NCBI GenBank assembly: GCA_965223325.1
Contig: CBDCWI010000002.1
Span: 2,528,001 to 2,592,000, forward strand
DNA: 64,000 nucleotides
Origin: Candidatus Multivoradales bacterium
Lineage (GTDB): Bacteria; Acidobacteriota; Thermoanaerobaculia; Multivoradales; Multivoraceae
Direction of reading: 5' to 3'
The notes beneath the pieces were generated by a model that saw only the letters and a program-made list of their open reading frames with translations, was not told the origin of the DNA and did no database searches. Position 1 is the first letter of the stretch; every line of letters begins with the position of its first letter. The translations under genes were made by a program, and so were the position numbers. Of this stretch, positions 39,201 through 48,917 are shown piece after piece.

Positions 39201-42200
39201 TGCAGGAGACGGCAGTCCGAGCCCTCGTAGTCACCGCCGATGCCGAAGGGCTCACCGGCGTCTTCCGTCGGGTCGGTCGGATGGGTCGCCTCACCGGTCG
39301 TGAAGTCGATCTTCCACAGTCGATCGTCGGTCGATGAACTACCGGAATTACCGGTCGTGCCCCACATCACGCCGAGGTGGTCGAAACCGGTCCCTTCCAT
39401 ATCGTCGACCCGGTCGCCATTGACATCGACGATGTCGACGCAGCTCAGGAAGCGACCCGTCGGAACTCCGTTGGAGTCGAGCTCGAGCTCGCCGAGCTGC
39501 TGGTTGTTCCCACCCTGGTCGACCTGGACGAAGAATCTGCCATCCTCGGAGATCGCAATGTCGTCCATGTCGTGTTCGTCACAGACGGCACCACCGTTGT
39601 CGCCGTCGAAGTCGGGAATCAGGTAGTCGACTCCTGGGCCGAAGACATCTGGGATATGTGCGCCGGTGCTGTAGTCGATCTTGAAAAGCGCGTCAGAGTC
39701 CGACGACCGGCGGAACGTCCCCCAGAGTTCGAGGCTCTGCGGATGGAAGGCAAGGCCATCGACATCATCGAAGAGGAGCTCGCCGTCCGAGCCGCCACCT
39801 GTTCCAAACTCTCCGATCGAGGTGTAGGCGGCCGTCGTCAGGTTGAGCGTGCCAAGTGTCCCCGTTGAGCCTTCATCATCGGCGGCGTAGAGAAGCGGGC
39901 CAGTTGCCGACGGCCCGAAGGTGATCGCTTCAATCGATACAGCACCCGAGTTGCCGATCTCGGTGACTGTGTGAGGCGAGCTGCGGCCCATCGAAACCAG
40001 CTTTGAACCGCTGTCTGAGAGCGCCCAGCAGAGATCCTCGACGACCGTCGGATCCTGAATGGTGGTTCCCCCGCTGAAGGAGTTGTTGGGGGCATAGGGG
40101 TCGATCGCCCGGGTCGCTGAGGTCACCGAGGCGCTGTTGGTGATCGTCCCGGCGGTGCTGGGAGCGGTCACCTTGATCGTAATCTCCGGTGCCCAGCCGA
40201 CGGAGAGGCTGGAGGCGGTGCAGGTCACCACCAGGCTGCTCTCGGAGCACGACCAGCCCGTACCGGTGGCACTCACATACGTCACACCCGAAGGAAGGGT
40301 GTCGGTAACCGTCGTGGTCGCGGGAATCGCCGGACCGTAGTTGATCACCCTCAGGGTGTAGGTGATCGTGCCGCTGAGCTCGACCGGATCTGGACCGTCG
40401 ATGACCACGATGCCGAGATCGACATCGGAGGGGGTTCCAACGGTGGTGTTCTCGAAGTCGGCGTTGTTGAGCTCGTTCGTGTCTGGTTCATCAGCGCTGA
40501 TGTTCGCCTTGTTGACGATCACCTGATCGCTGGCCGGGGCCGTGACCACAACGGAGATTGCGGGCCCAACACCGACCGCCAACGTGGCACGAGTACAAGT
40601 CACGGTGCGCGCAACCTGACCACATGCCCAGCCCGTACCGGTGGCACTGACGAAAGTTGCCGCCGCCGGAAGGGTGTCAATCACCACCGGGTTGGTGGCG
40701 GCATTCGGCCCGAGGTTCTCAGGGGTCACCGTGTAGGTCACCGTTCCGCTGGTCGCCACTGGGTCGGGGCTGTCCGAAATCGCGACGGTGAGATCTGCAG
40801 TCGGGCCCGAGGACACCGTCGTTGACATCGTGGCATTGTTGTTGCCACCCACCGGGTCGGGGTTGTCGGCGCTGACCGTTCCGCTGCCGTTCAAGGTCGT
40901 CGGCGAGGCCGGCGCTGTGACATTGATGTTGATCACTGGAGCTGCCGAGGAGCCGGCGATCGTCGCGCGTGTACAGGTCACCACACCACTCGCCTGGTTA
41001 CAGGTCCAACCGACGCCCGCGGCACTGTTAAAGGTCACACCCGAAGGCAGAGTGACCGAAACGACAACGTTGTCGCCCTGGATGGTCGAGTTGTTGGTCA
41101 CCGTGGCACCGTAGATGAGCGTGCTCGAGACGACGACTGGATCTGGCGTATCGGTGACTGCAAGAGAGAGATCGACGTTGGTACCGACATTGACCGTCGT
41201 GGTCTCGGAGTCGCTGTCATTCGCCGACACGGGATCGGGCTCGTCGGCCGAGATCGTCGCAGTGTTGTTGACCACGGTCGGTGCGGCAGGAGCCGTGACT
41301 GTGATGGTGATGACCGGCGCGGTCTCTTCCGGAGCGATCGACGAGCGCGTGCAGGTCACGGTGCCGGACGATTCGCTGCACGACCAGCCGGTCCCACTAG
41401 CGGAGACATAGCTGACGGCAGCCGAAAGCGTGTTCGTCACCACCACGTTGTTGGCGGTGTCGGGACCCAGGTTGTTGGCCGTCAGCGTGTAGACGAGGGT
41501 GCCACTCGCAGCGACCGGATCAGGTGAATCGGCGATGCTGATTGCTACGTCGGCGCCTTCGAGGCGCACCTTGCCGTAGGACTCGTACGTGTCGAGGGCT
41601 TTGCTCCCCGTCGAGTCGTAGAGCCGGAAACAGTAGGTGGCGCCGTCAGTGGCGTTGCTGGTCGCCTTCACCGCGTACTCGATCTCGGTGAACCGATCGA
41701 TGGCGAGAGTGATCGCACTGGTGGTATTGCCTGCGTCCTTGACCTCGCCGGCAACGAAGGTCGTCGACTCGTCCGTCAAGCCCGGATCGATGTTGGTGGT
41801 CGGATCACCGTCGGTGAGATGAGTGGATCCCGTGATCTGCCAGTCGCCGCTGGTGTCGGTGGGCACATCGACGTAGGCCCCGCCGCTACAGGTCGTGGTT
41901 TCGGCAACTTGTAGTTTGTAGGCGACGCCGCCCGATCCCAGCGTGCCCTCGTTCGAGACCTCAAAGCGAATGCGACGCGTCGAGTTCTTGGGCACCTCGA
42001 CGATCTCGGCATCCTCAGCGGCAGCCGAGGTAGCGCCGGCACCGCCGACGTTGGTCTTCTGCGCCACCAGCGTCCTCTCGTGCATGACGGCGGTCCCGCC
42101 TTCGGTGCGCCACTTCACCTCGATCGTTTGACCCGCTCCGAGCCCGGAGACCACGGCATGCGTCATCATGTTCGTCGAGGTGTTAGGAATCGAACCCTCG

Positions 42201-45200
42201 GTGTACATGCGGCGCTCGGAGTGCGCCACCTGGGTGCCGTTGGCGTAGATCGACACGTACTGGTGGTCACTGGTCGAGTTGTTCTCGACCGAACCGCTCC
42301 ACCAGACGATGTAGTCGCCGGCACCCGGGGTCAGGGTCATCGAGTTCGCCAGCACATCGGAGGAGCTGGTGGTCGTGGTGTCGCCGGTGGCGCTGGCCTG
42401 GAAGCTGTTGGCGGCCGCGACCTTCGACACGGTCAGGCGACGTTCGTACATGGTGGCCGTGCCACCAGTCGTACGCCAGCGCACCTCGATCGCATCGGTT
42501 GCGCCAACACCGGTAAGACGGGCATGCGTTGCAACCGGGAACAGCGCACCGTTGATCGACGACTCGTTGTAGACCTCCCGCTCGGAGTGCGCCACCTGCG
42601 TTCCGTTGACGTAGATCGAAACGTACTGGTAGGTGCTCGAGGAGCTACCGTCGAGGGTACCTGAGAACCATACGATGTAGTCGCCAGCTCCGGGGGTGAG
42701 GGTCATCGAGTTGACCAGCACATCGCTCGAGCTGGTCGTCGTGGTCGAGGCAGTGGCCTGAGCCTGGGAAGTGTCGGCGGCCGTCACGGGAAGAACAGTC
42801 AGAGCTCGTTCGTGTGCGCTTGCAGTTCCGCCCGAGGTCTTCCACTGAACGTTCAAGGCTTCGCTCGCCCCGACGCCCATCACGCGGTCTTGGAGCGCAA
42901 TCGGCCGCGGCGTGTCGGGAGTCGAGCTGTCTGTCGTGTGCAAACTCTTTGTATGGCTGACCGCGGTCGTGTCACGGAAGAGCGAGAACTCCTGGTCGCT
43001 CGAAGAGCTCGACTCGACTGAAGTACTGAACCACACCAGATAGTCGCCCGCGCCGGGCGTCGTGCTCATGCTGACGAGATCGTTGTACGTCGAACTACCC
43101 GTGGTGTCGGAGGAAGTCGCCGTGACTTCGGTTGGCGTACTACCGCCGCCAGCAGTTTCGTCGCCGTCGTCATTGCGCCACAGAGTATGGATCTGGTCGA
43201 GATCCGGGGCCGGAACGTTGACGGTAGTGGTTTCCGAGTCGTTGTCGTTCGTAGGAACCGGGTCGGGGTCGTCGGAGACAATCGAGGCGTCGTTGATCAG
43301 AGTCTGAGCCGTGGCAGGGGCAGTCACCGTGATCGTGACCGGCGGTGCCGTTGTTTCGGCATCGAGCGAGGTGCGCGAACAGGTCACCACACCACCGAGA
43401 TGACTGCAGCTCCAGCCAGAGCCGGCGGCGCTGACGTAGGTCACGGCGCCGGGGAGTGTGTTCGTGATGACCACATTGGCAGCCAGCCCGGGGCCGAGAT
43501 TCTCGGCGGTCAGGGTATAGGTGAAGTTGCTGTTGGTGACCACGGGATCATCGTCGGTTATGGTGATCCCGAGATCTGCCGTTGGCAGGCTCGCTTCGGC
43601 GTACTTCGTGTAGGCATCGAGAGCGCTACCGGCCGTCGTGTCCCAGAGGCGGAAGCAGTAGTCGCCACCTGCCGACGCGTTGGCGGTCGCCTGCACTGCA
43701 TACTCGAGCTCGGTAAAGGCATCGGCGGCGAGGGTGATTCCGGACGTGGTGTTCGAAGTGTCCTTCATCTGGCCGGTGACGAATGTGCTCCCCTCGTCGG
43801 TGAGACCGGGCACGATATTGGTGGTTGGAGCGCCATCGATGAAGTGGGTCGAGCCGACGATCTGCCAGTGGCCTGAACCGTCGGTGGGCACGGCAGTGTA
43901 CGAGCCGCTCGAACAGGTGCCGGTCTCGGCAACCTGCAACTGATAGGTCATCGACGGCGAAGCCCCGGTGCCTTCGTTGGAAACCTCGAAACGTACCCGG
44001 CGGGTCGAGCTTCGCGGTACGTTCTCGAGTTTGGTGTCTTCGTCTTCGGCGTAGGACGCACCTGAACCTGTGCCTGACACGCGCATGACGATCAGCGACC
44101 GCTCGTGCATTCTCGCGGTCGATCCGGTCGTTCGCCACCTGGCTTCGATCTTCTTACCCGCGCCTACGCCGGTGATAAAGGCATGAGTCACAGCAGCTGC
44201 CGCAGTGCCCGGAAGCGAGCCCTCGGTTCGAAAGACCCGCGCGGACTCAGTCACCTTGACGCCGTCTGCGTAGAGTGAGAGGTGCTGGAATGTGTCGCCG
44301 GCGTCGGCTTCGACGGAACCTGAAAACCACACCAGGTAGTCACCGGCACCGGGAGTGACTTCCATCCCGTTGATCTTGACGTCGGCCGAGCTGGTGGTCG
44401 ACGTAGAGGCCGTGGCGCTGGCCTCGTAGGTCTCGCTCGATGCGACCTTGAGGAGGGTCAGGGTTCGCTCCTCCATGTCGACGTCGCCCTCACCGGACCG
44501 CCACCGAACCTCGATGGCCTCACTGGCCCCCACTCCAACCAGGCGCGCGTGGGTGGCGACCGGGATCTCACGGCCATTGAGGTCGCCGTCGATCCAGACC
44601 TCACGTTCACTCTCAGGAACCTTGACCCCGTTTCTGTAGATCGAGATGTAGTTCGGGTCGTTGAACTCATCGTCGCGGAGAGTTCCCGAGAACCACGCCA
44701 GGTAGTCGCCGGCGCCAGGGGTGATCGTCATCGAATCGAGCGCACTGTAACTCGAGGTCGTGGAATTGTTCGTCGTCGTCGTGGAAGAAACCTGGAAGGT
44801 GTCGGCGGCGTCCGCCGGAAAGGTCGTCAGGGTGCGTTCGCGAACCAGACCCTCCCCGACACTCGTGCTCCAACGGGCCTTGACCGTATCGCTCGGGCCG
44901 AAGCCCGTCAGGCGAGTCTGGGTAGCGACCGGGCGCGGCGAGTCGAAAACGTTGTTGACCGTCGGTGATCCACGTTCGCTGGCGGCTACTTTGGTCGCGT
45001 TCTCATAAAGCGACACGTGTTGATCGCCGGTCACCGCGTTGCCCGCCTCGACCGAGCCGCTCCACCAGACGAGGTAGTCGCCAGCCCCAGGAGTGATCGA
45101 CATCGAATCGAGGTCGACATCACTGGTACTGGTCGTTGTTGTGTCAGCAGTTGCAGACACCTCGGTGGGCTGGCCTGAAACGGTCTGGTCACCGTCGTCG

Positions 45201-47509
45201 TTACGCCAGCGATAGTGCACCTGGCGAAGGTCGGGAGAAGGAACAATGACCGTCGTGTTCTCGCTCGCCGTGTTGTTTCCCCCTACGGGGTCCGGGTCGT
45301 TCGAGGAGATCGAGACATTGTTGGTGAGCGTCTGTGCCGTAGCAGGCGCTACGACCGAAATGTTGACTGGCGGTGCCGTCGTGTTCGCGTCGAGCGTCGC
45401 GCGCGAGCAGGTGACTGTTCCCGTGAGGTGGGAACAGCTCCACCCGACCCCGCTGGCACTGACGTAGGTCACCGCGCCCGGCAGCGTGTTGGTGATCACG
45501 ACGTTCGCAGCCGGTCCGGGGCCGAGATTCTCCCCCGTCAAGGTGTACGTCAAGGGCCCGTTGACCGGCACCGGATCGGGACTGTCGGCTAGCGTGATCT
45601 TGAGGTCTGCGGTCGGCAGGCTCGCTTCAGCGTACTGGGTGTAGAAGTTGAGGGGGCTTCCTGCCGTCGTGTCATAGAGGCGGAAACAGTAGTCGCCTCC
45701 GGGGACCGCGTTGGCCGTCGCCTGGACGGCGTACTCGATCTCAGTGAAAGCGTCGGCGGCGAGCGTGATCCCAGACGTGGTGTTCCCGGTGTCCTTGATC
45801 TCGCCAGCCACAAAGGTGGTTGCCTCGTCGGTGAGGCCGGGGACGATGTTGGTGGTTGGAGAGCCATCGGTGTAGTACGTCGAACCGACGATCTGCCAGT
45901 GGCCAGTACCCGTTGTGGGTACGGCTGTGTAGGTACCACTCGAGCAGGTGTTGGTCTGGGCGACCTGCAACTGGTAGGTCACCGAGGTCGATGCGCCAGT
46001 GCCCTCGTTAGAAACCAGAAGGCGCACCCGGCGGGTCGAGTTGCGCGGCACGTTCTCGAGCTTGGTGTCTTCGTCTTCGGCATGGGTCGCCCCTGTTCCC
46101 GTCCCCGAGATCTTCATGGCGATCAGAGAGCGTTCATACATCTTCGCCGTCGAGCCAGTGGTTCGCCACCTGGCCTCGATCTTCTGGCCGGCACCAAGAC
46201 CAGTGATGTAGGCGTGCGTAACAGCGTTTGCCGCCGTAGCAGGAATCGAACCCTCGGTCCGGAACACCCGTGCAGATGCGGGAATCTTCACTCCGTCGGC
46301 ATAGAGAGAAAGGTGCTGGTAGGTATCTGCGGCTGCGGCTTCGAAGGAGCTCGAGAACCAGACGATGTAGTCACCTGCACCGGGCGTCATCTCCATCCCG
46401 CTGACCAGCACGTCGGTCGAGCTGGTGGTCGTGGTCTCTGCCGTAGCGCTAGCCTGGGTGGTCTCGCTCGCTGCGATCTTCAGGAGCGTCAAACTCCGAT
46501 CATGGAAGTCGACGGATCCGGTCCCAGAACCGGCGCGCCACCTGACCTCGACCGTGTCACTCGCGCCAACACCGACCAGTCGAGCATGGGTCGAAACGGG
46601 GATCTCGAGGTCCGTGATCGAGCCGTCGACGAAGATGCGGCGTTCGCTCTCAGCGATCAGGGCTCCGTTGACGTAGATCGAAAAGTAGTTCATGTCGTTC
46701 AGATCGGGGTCACTCATCGTTCCGGAGAACCAGGCCAGGTAGTCGCCCGCGCCTGGAGTCACCGTCATCGAATCGAGAAGCACATAGCTGTTGCTGCTCG
46801 TTGTGACAGTGCTGGACGCTGCGACCTGAAAGGTCGTCGACGCATCCGCCGGGAGCGCGGTCAGGGTGCGCTCGTGCGCCAGAGCGTCATTGGCTGTGGT
46901 GTGCCAGCGGGCCTTGATCGGATCGCTCGCTCCAACACCAGTCATCCGAGTCTGCGTGGAAACCGGCCGTGGGGAGTCGAAGACACTGCTGGCCGTGGGC
47001 GTGGTTCGTTGACTCGTCGTGTCCTTGGTCGTGTTCTTGTAGAGCGACACGTACTGCTGGCTATCTGCGGCGGTATCGGCTTCCATCGAACCACTCCACC
47101 AGACGAGATAGTCACCGGCGCCCGGCGTGAGTACCATGGAATCGAGGTCGACGTCACTGGTACTCGCCGTCGTGGTGTTGGCGGTTGCCGACGCTTCGCT
47201 CGGTTGGCCGGATGCGGTTTCGTCACCGTCGTCGTTGCGCCAGCGGTAGTGCATCTGGCGCAGGTCGGGGGTTGCACCGGCGGCCGAGGTGTGACTCTCC
47301 AGGTCTTCGCCGTCAGAGCGTTCCGAGACAACGACCGGCTGCTCCGGCGCTTCCTTCTCGGATGTGGCGGTCGCCGCTCCCAGCAAGCCGCCACCGAGCG
47401 CACAAAGGAGGGTCACCAGGAGAATGAACGAACGAGGGGACAGAGAATCGCCCCGCGTTCCGTACTTTGAGATGAGATTGAGAATGGGCATACCGAACGG
47501 ACCTTCCAC
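36278..47509 (-). CDS. Giant secreted repeat protein (3743 aa): 3 RWRNDDG modules, 6 DUF11 domains, SdrD-B-like domain, C-terminal C25 cysteine peptidase
   Basis: N-terminal hydrophobic signal; ADL.I...D.PDPV...YT...N.GP (DUF11); GTVFLDDN.DG (SdrD_B); DYIVITP, DVEDIY..F..G, VGRIPV, YIGHGG, MTC..G, YNILGDP (C25). Alternative start at ATG 47491. Confidence 0.92.
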   Translation of the reverse strand: MEGPFGMPILNLISKYGTRGDSLSPRSFILLVTLLCALGGGLLGAATATSEKEAPEQPVVVSERSDGEDLESHTSAAGATPDLRQMHYRWRNDDGDETASGQPSEASATANTTTASTSDVDLDSMVLTPGAGDYLVWWSGSMEADTAADSQQYVSLYKNTTKDTTSQRTTPTASSVFDSPRPVSTQTRMTGVGASDPIKARWHTTANDALAHERTLTALPADASTTFQVAASSTVTTSSNSYVLLDSMTVTPGAGDYLAWFSGTMSDPDLNDMNYFSIYVNGALIAESERRIFVDGSITDLEIPVSTHARLVGVGASDTVEVRWRAGSGTGSVDFHDRSLTLLKIAASETTQASATAETTTTSSTDVLVSGMEMTPGAGDYIVWFSSSFEAAAADTYQHLSLYADGVKIPASARVFRTEGSIPATAANAVTHAYITGLGAGQKIEARWRTTGSTAKMYERSLIAMKISGTGTGATHAEDEDTKLENVPRNSTRRVRLLVSNEGTGASTSVTYQLQVAQTNTCSSGTYTAVPTTGTGHWQIVGSTYYTDGSPTTNIVPGLTDEATTFVAGEIKDTGNTTSGITLAADAFTEIEYAVQATANAVPGGDYCFRLYDTTAGSPLNFYTQYAEASLPTADLKITLADSPDPVPVNGPLTYTLTGENLGPGPAANVVITNTLPGAVTYVSASGVGWSCSHLTGTVTCSRATLDANTTAPPVNISVVAPATAQTLTNNVSISSNDPDPVGGNNTASENTTVIVPSPDLRQVHYRWRNDDGDQTVSGQPTEVSATADTTTTSTSDVDLDSMSITPGAGDYLVWWSGSVEAGNAVTGDQHVSLYENATKVAASERGSPTVNNVFDSPRPVATQTRLTGFGPSDTVKARWSTSVGEGLVRERTLTTFPADAADTFQVSSTTTTNNSTTSSYSALDSMTITPGAGDYLAWFSGTLRDDEFNDPNYISIYRNGVKVPESEREVWIDGDLNGREIPVATHARLVGVGASEAIEVRWRSGEGDVDMEERTLTLLKVASSETYEASATASTSTTSSADVKINGMEVTPGAGDYLVWFSGSVEADAGDTFQHLSLYADGVKVTESARVFRTEGSLPGTAAAAVTHAFITGVGAGKKIEARWRTTGSTARMHERSLIVMRVSGTGSGASYAEDEDTKLENVPRSSTRRVRFEVSNEGTGASPSMTYQLQVAETGTCSSGSYTAVPTDGSGHWQIVGSTHFIDGAPTTNIVPGLTDEGSTFVTGQMKDTSNTTSGITLAADAFTELEYAVQATANASAGGDYCFRLWDTTAGSALDAYTKYAEASLPTADLGITITDDDPVVTNSNFTYTLTAENLGPGLAANVVITNTLPGAVTYVSAAGSGWSCSHLGGVVTCSRTSLDAETTAPPVTITVTAPATAQTLINDASIVSDDPDPVPTNDNDSETTTVNVPAPDLDQIHTLWRNDDGDETAGGGSTPTEVTATSSDTTGSSTYNDLVSMSTTPGAGDYLVWFSTSVESSSSSDQEFSLFRDTTAVSHTKSLHTTDSSTPDTPRPIALQDRVMGVGASEALNVQWKTSGGTASAHERALTVLPVTAADTSQAQATASTTTTSSSDVLVNSMTLTPGAGDYIVWFSGTLDGSSSSTYQYVSIYVNGTQVAHSEREVYNESSINGALFPVATHARLTGVGATDAIEVRWRTTGGTATMYERRLTVSKVAAANSFQASATGDTTTTSSSDVLANSMTLTPGAGDYIVWWSGSVENNSTSDHQYVSIYANGTQVAHSERRMYTEGSIPNTSTNMMTHAVVSGLGAGQTIEVKWRTEGGTAVMHERTLVAQKTNVGGAGATSAAAEDAEIVEVPKNSTRRIRFEVSNEGTLGSGGVAYKLQVAETTTCSGGAYVDVPTDTSGDWQITGSTHLTDGDPTTNIDPGLTDESTTFVAGEVKDAGNTTSAITLAIDRFTEIEYAVKATSNATDGATYCFRLYDSTGSKALDTYESYGKVRLEGADVAISIADSPDPVAASGTLVYTLTANNLGPDTANNVVVTNTLSAAVSYVSASGTGWSCSESSGTVTCTRSSIAPEETAPVITITVTAPAAPTVVNNTATISADEPDPVSANDSDSETTTVNVGTNVDLSLAVTDTPDPVVVSSTLIYGATVTNNSTIQGDNVVVSVTLPSGVTFNSAAGVGWTCNQASGVVTCTRATIAGSSAAPVININVTAPASPTTLNGSGTVSADNPDPVGGNNNATMSTTVSSGPTADLTVAISDSPDPVATSGTVTYTVTPENLGPNAATNPVVIDTLPAAATFVSATGTGWACGQVARTVTCTRATLAVGVGPAISVVVTAPASDQVIVNKANISADEPDTNELNNADFENTTVGTPSDVDLGIVVIDGPDPVELSGTITYTLRVINYGPAIPATTTVTDTLPSGVTYVSATGTGWSCSESSLVVTCTASSLSVGWAPEITIKVTAPSTAGTITNSASVTSATRAIDPYAPNNSFSGGTTIQDPTVVEDLCWALSDSGSKLVSMGRSSPHTVTEIGNSGAVSIEAITFGPSATGPLLYAADDEGSTGTLGTLNLTTAAYTSIGEFGTGGGSDGELLFDDVDGLAFHPQSLELWGTFRRSSDSDALFKIDYSTGAHIPDVFGPGVDYLIPDFDGDNGGAVCDEHDMDDIAISEDGRFFVQVDQGGNNQQLGELELDSNGVPTGRFLSCVDIVDVNGDRVDDMEGTGFDHLGVMWGTTGNSGSSSTDDRLWKIDFTTGEATHPTDPTEDAGEPFGIGGDYEGSDCRLLQSNGAGTNTILGTVFLDDNSDGLYHPTETGWQNATVNLYFDQDNDGVIDSTDPLVRSVTTDSNGDFEFGLLSGGPYVLEVEPSTLPASTALTTDNLERSVFVGTGFDDPNNDFGFDTVTMALTSDFRVYNDGGVPVVEWSTASEVGTVAFYLMQWKTDTEEWVHLADDVVPSAGEPQGGHYRMAANHWPEADGSYYAVVEIEASGAERVHGPFFATLEPPGNRQPLEKAMQALAREPHVRRPARGVNRERGDDRGLESLEQNARQGAGRRPTRPLIAPFESFENAIFDIGVRVDHPDGAGLVFVALDELRPHLGRLGRHLESYLAEGRFELTRAGDLVAIHPAADSQGFYFVATPSSSIFSDTTNYQLRIGNGVLMQKVLPATTGLVSVTDFQSTVHFEEDVLGATAAANHALEDFWYWSAVVAGNPVAGSHSYDVLVEQLANVGGTARLDLEVFSASSTGVDREHHIELYLNDAYLGDYAWKGRGRRTFGFDFPSSMLEDGANQIQVTGLLDGEADKSIFYINSFDLTYPRHLAAHEDRLRFRAESSSSLAVGGFTKGDVMLFEVSDPLRARALATNPHLSSGRYRVLFGPEPGGEYLAVASSAVLTPEVFQPREEKDLLRLGGADYIVITPAALRPAAERLARTRDRREMGTLVFDVEDIYGQFSHGDRDPRAIRDFLAAAYHNWHNKPRYAVLIGAGTYDYRDVLGTGLEPMPPLLRAVRRNGLFAGDLAMGDVAGEDDGVPEIAVGRIPVHTMAELDAYREKLEAFESRGERGQVILLADNTDASVGDFPADSETLVRLVEPSTNIERVYLSDLSLSDARGALFEELEATNFWVNYIGHGGVDRFAAEGLLTSADVSLLGAERSGTIFSAMTCVAGRFEVPGYPALGTELVLAPEGGAVAVFSPSGVSINRQGAALDRALFQAVWKGKAVTLGDAVIGAFAGVSGQFSSVNPFETYNILGDPALLLPEDQ

Positions 47510-47800
47510 AAGAAAGAGGACCGAGGCGCGGGCGAACCCCCGGCCTCATACATTCGGCTTCGATTATATCTTTTATAGCTCTAAAATCTTGTTTTTTCTG
47601 CCTTGTCAACAACATTCAGTAAGAATTCGCCCAGATTCTTGCTTAATCTTGCTGTGTCGTGCCGTGATCGCGGCTCGTCCCTTTTGAGGTCCCTGGCCGC
47701 ACCGCGACCACCCCAGCCGAGTCCTCCCTGCTCGGGAGAAGAACTGGACCCGCGCTTGCGGCATCCAGCGAGCGATGGCTCCCCGCGCCCCGATCCGGGT

Positions 47801-48825
47801 CTACCAGGCCAGCCGAAAGCCGCCGGTGGAGGTCTCGAGCTCGAGGTCTTCGCGCTCGAGATCCGAATCCCAGACGACGAAGAAGGTCGTGCCGCCTCCG
47901 ATGAGCGCTTTGATCGACAAGCCGAGGTTGAAGAACCCGGTGTCTGGAGCGTCCGTCGGCACCAGAAAGTCTCCCGAGGATGGATCGGCTGAGAAGCGGC
48001 CACGAATCAACCGCGCACCATCTTCGAACTCGCGTAGGTACGACGCGCGCAACCCGGGTTGCAACACGCCCCAGGACACGCTGCGCGTCCAGGTCACGTC
48101 AAAGCCCGCTTCACCGAGCAGCGAGTCGAGTTCTTGCTCGTCGATTGTCAGGTTGAAGGGGCCAGCGCCCGCTTCACTGAACCCGTCGACGGTCGACTCG
48201 AGCCAATAGCCTCGCACGACACCGGTGACACCGACGGCGCCGGTCACGAAGTCGTAGCCGAAACCGGCGTTGAACGCTGGTCGCCCCGGGGTTGGCTGAG
48301 GGCCGGAAAGCGCGTGCGGCCGTTGAGTAGGGGTCGGCCGAGATGAATGGCTGCGGCCGATCGATGAAACGTCGCATCTCGAAATCGTTCTGGCCGTAGA
48401 TTCCGACCAGGCCGAGGTAGGCTCGATCCCACATCGACCCGCGGCGCCCCGCCGGCCGGATTGGTCAAGACAGCACCGAAGTCGATCGAACGATCGCCCT
48501 CCACGATGCTGATGTCCGCCACATCGACTCTTACCGTCGTATTGGACGTACTGACTCCCGAGCCATTCGGCGCGAACCGAATGAAGTCACCGCTCGGACC
48601 CGTGAAGCCCAGGTCGGTCCCCGGGTTGAATGGCGACCCTGGCAAGACGTCCTGGCCAGCACTGCCCAGGTTGTAGTCGCCGGTGATCTCCACCTCGTCC
48701 TGATCAAAGGCCAACCCGCTCGGGCCCAAGTGGCCAATTCTGAAGGCTCTCCGGCAAGCGTTCACGCTGAGCCGTGCCCGCGCACCGTCTCGCGAGCACA
48801 AACGCGCCCATCCGATCTGGCTCAA
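47801..48825 (-). pseudogene. Fragmented autotransporter (beta-barrel C-terminus plus passenger remnants)
   Basis: Pieces in different frames: VADISIVEGD (Calx-beta-like), AYLGLVGIYGQNDFEMRRFI, AFNAGFGYDF..VDGFSE.G...LQP....Y..EF, ending GFRLAW (terminal aromatic OM signal). Confidence 0.7.
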
Positions 48826-48917
48826 TTCCCGGAAGTGCGTGGCAGTGCGTCAAGGTGGATAGCCCGCGCTATGCTGCCCCAGCGTTCTCAACATCCAATG
48901 GCGTCAGGAGGTAGAAG

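Noticed and set aside
45899-47470. Long plus-strand ORFs opposite the giant gene (and similar antisense ORFs opposite copA, kbl/tdh, S8 and the kinases)
   Set aside because: Typical stop-poor antisense frames of high-GC coding DNA, with no recognisable motifs.
47560-47650. Sigma-70 promoter for the giant gene (TTGACA and TATAAT both present on the minus strand)
   Set aside because: The two hexamers are far more than 17 bp apart. The region is AT-rich and probably regulatory, but no specific promoter can be supported.
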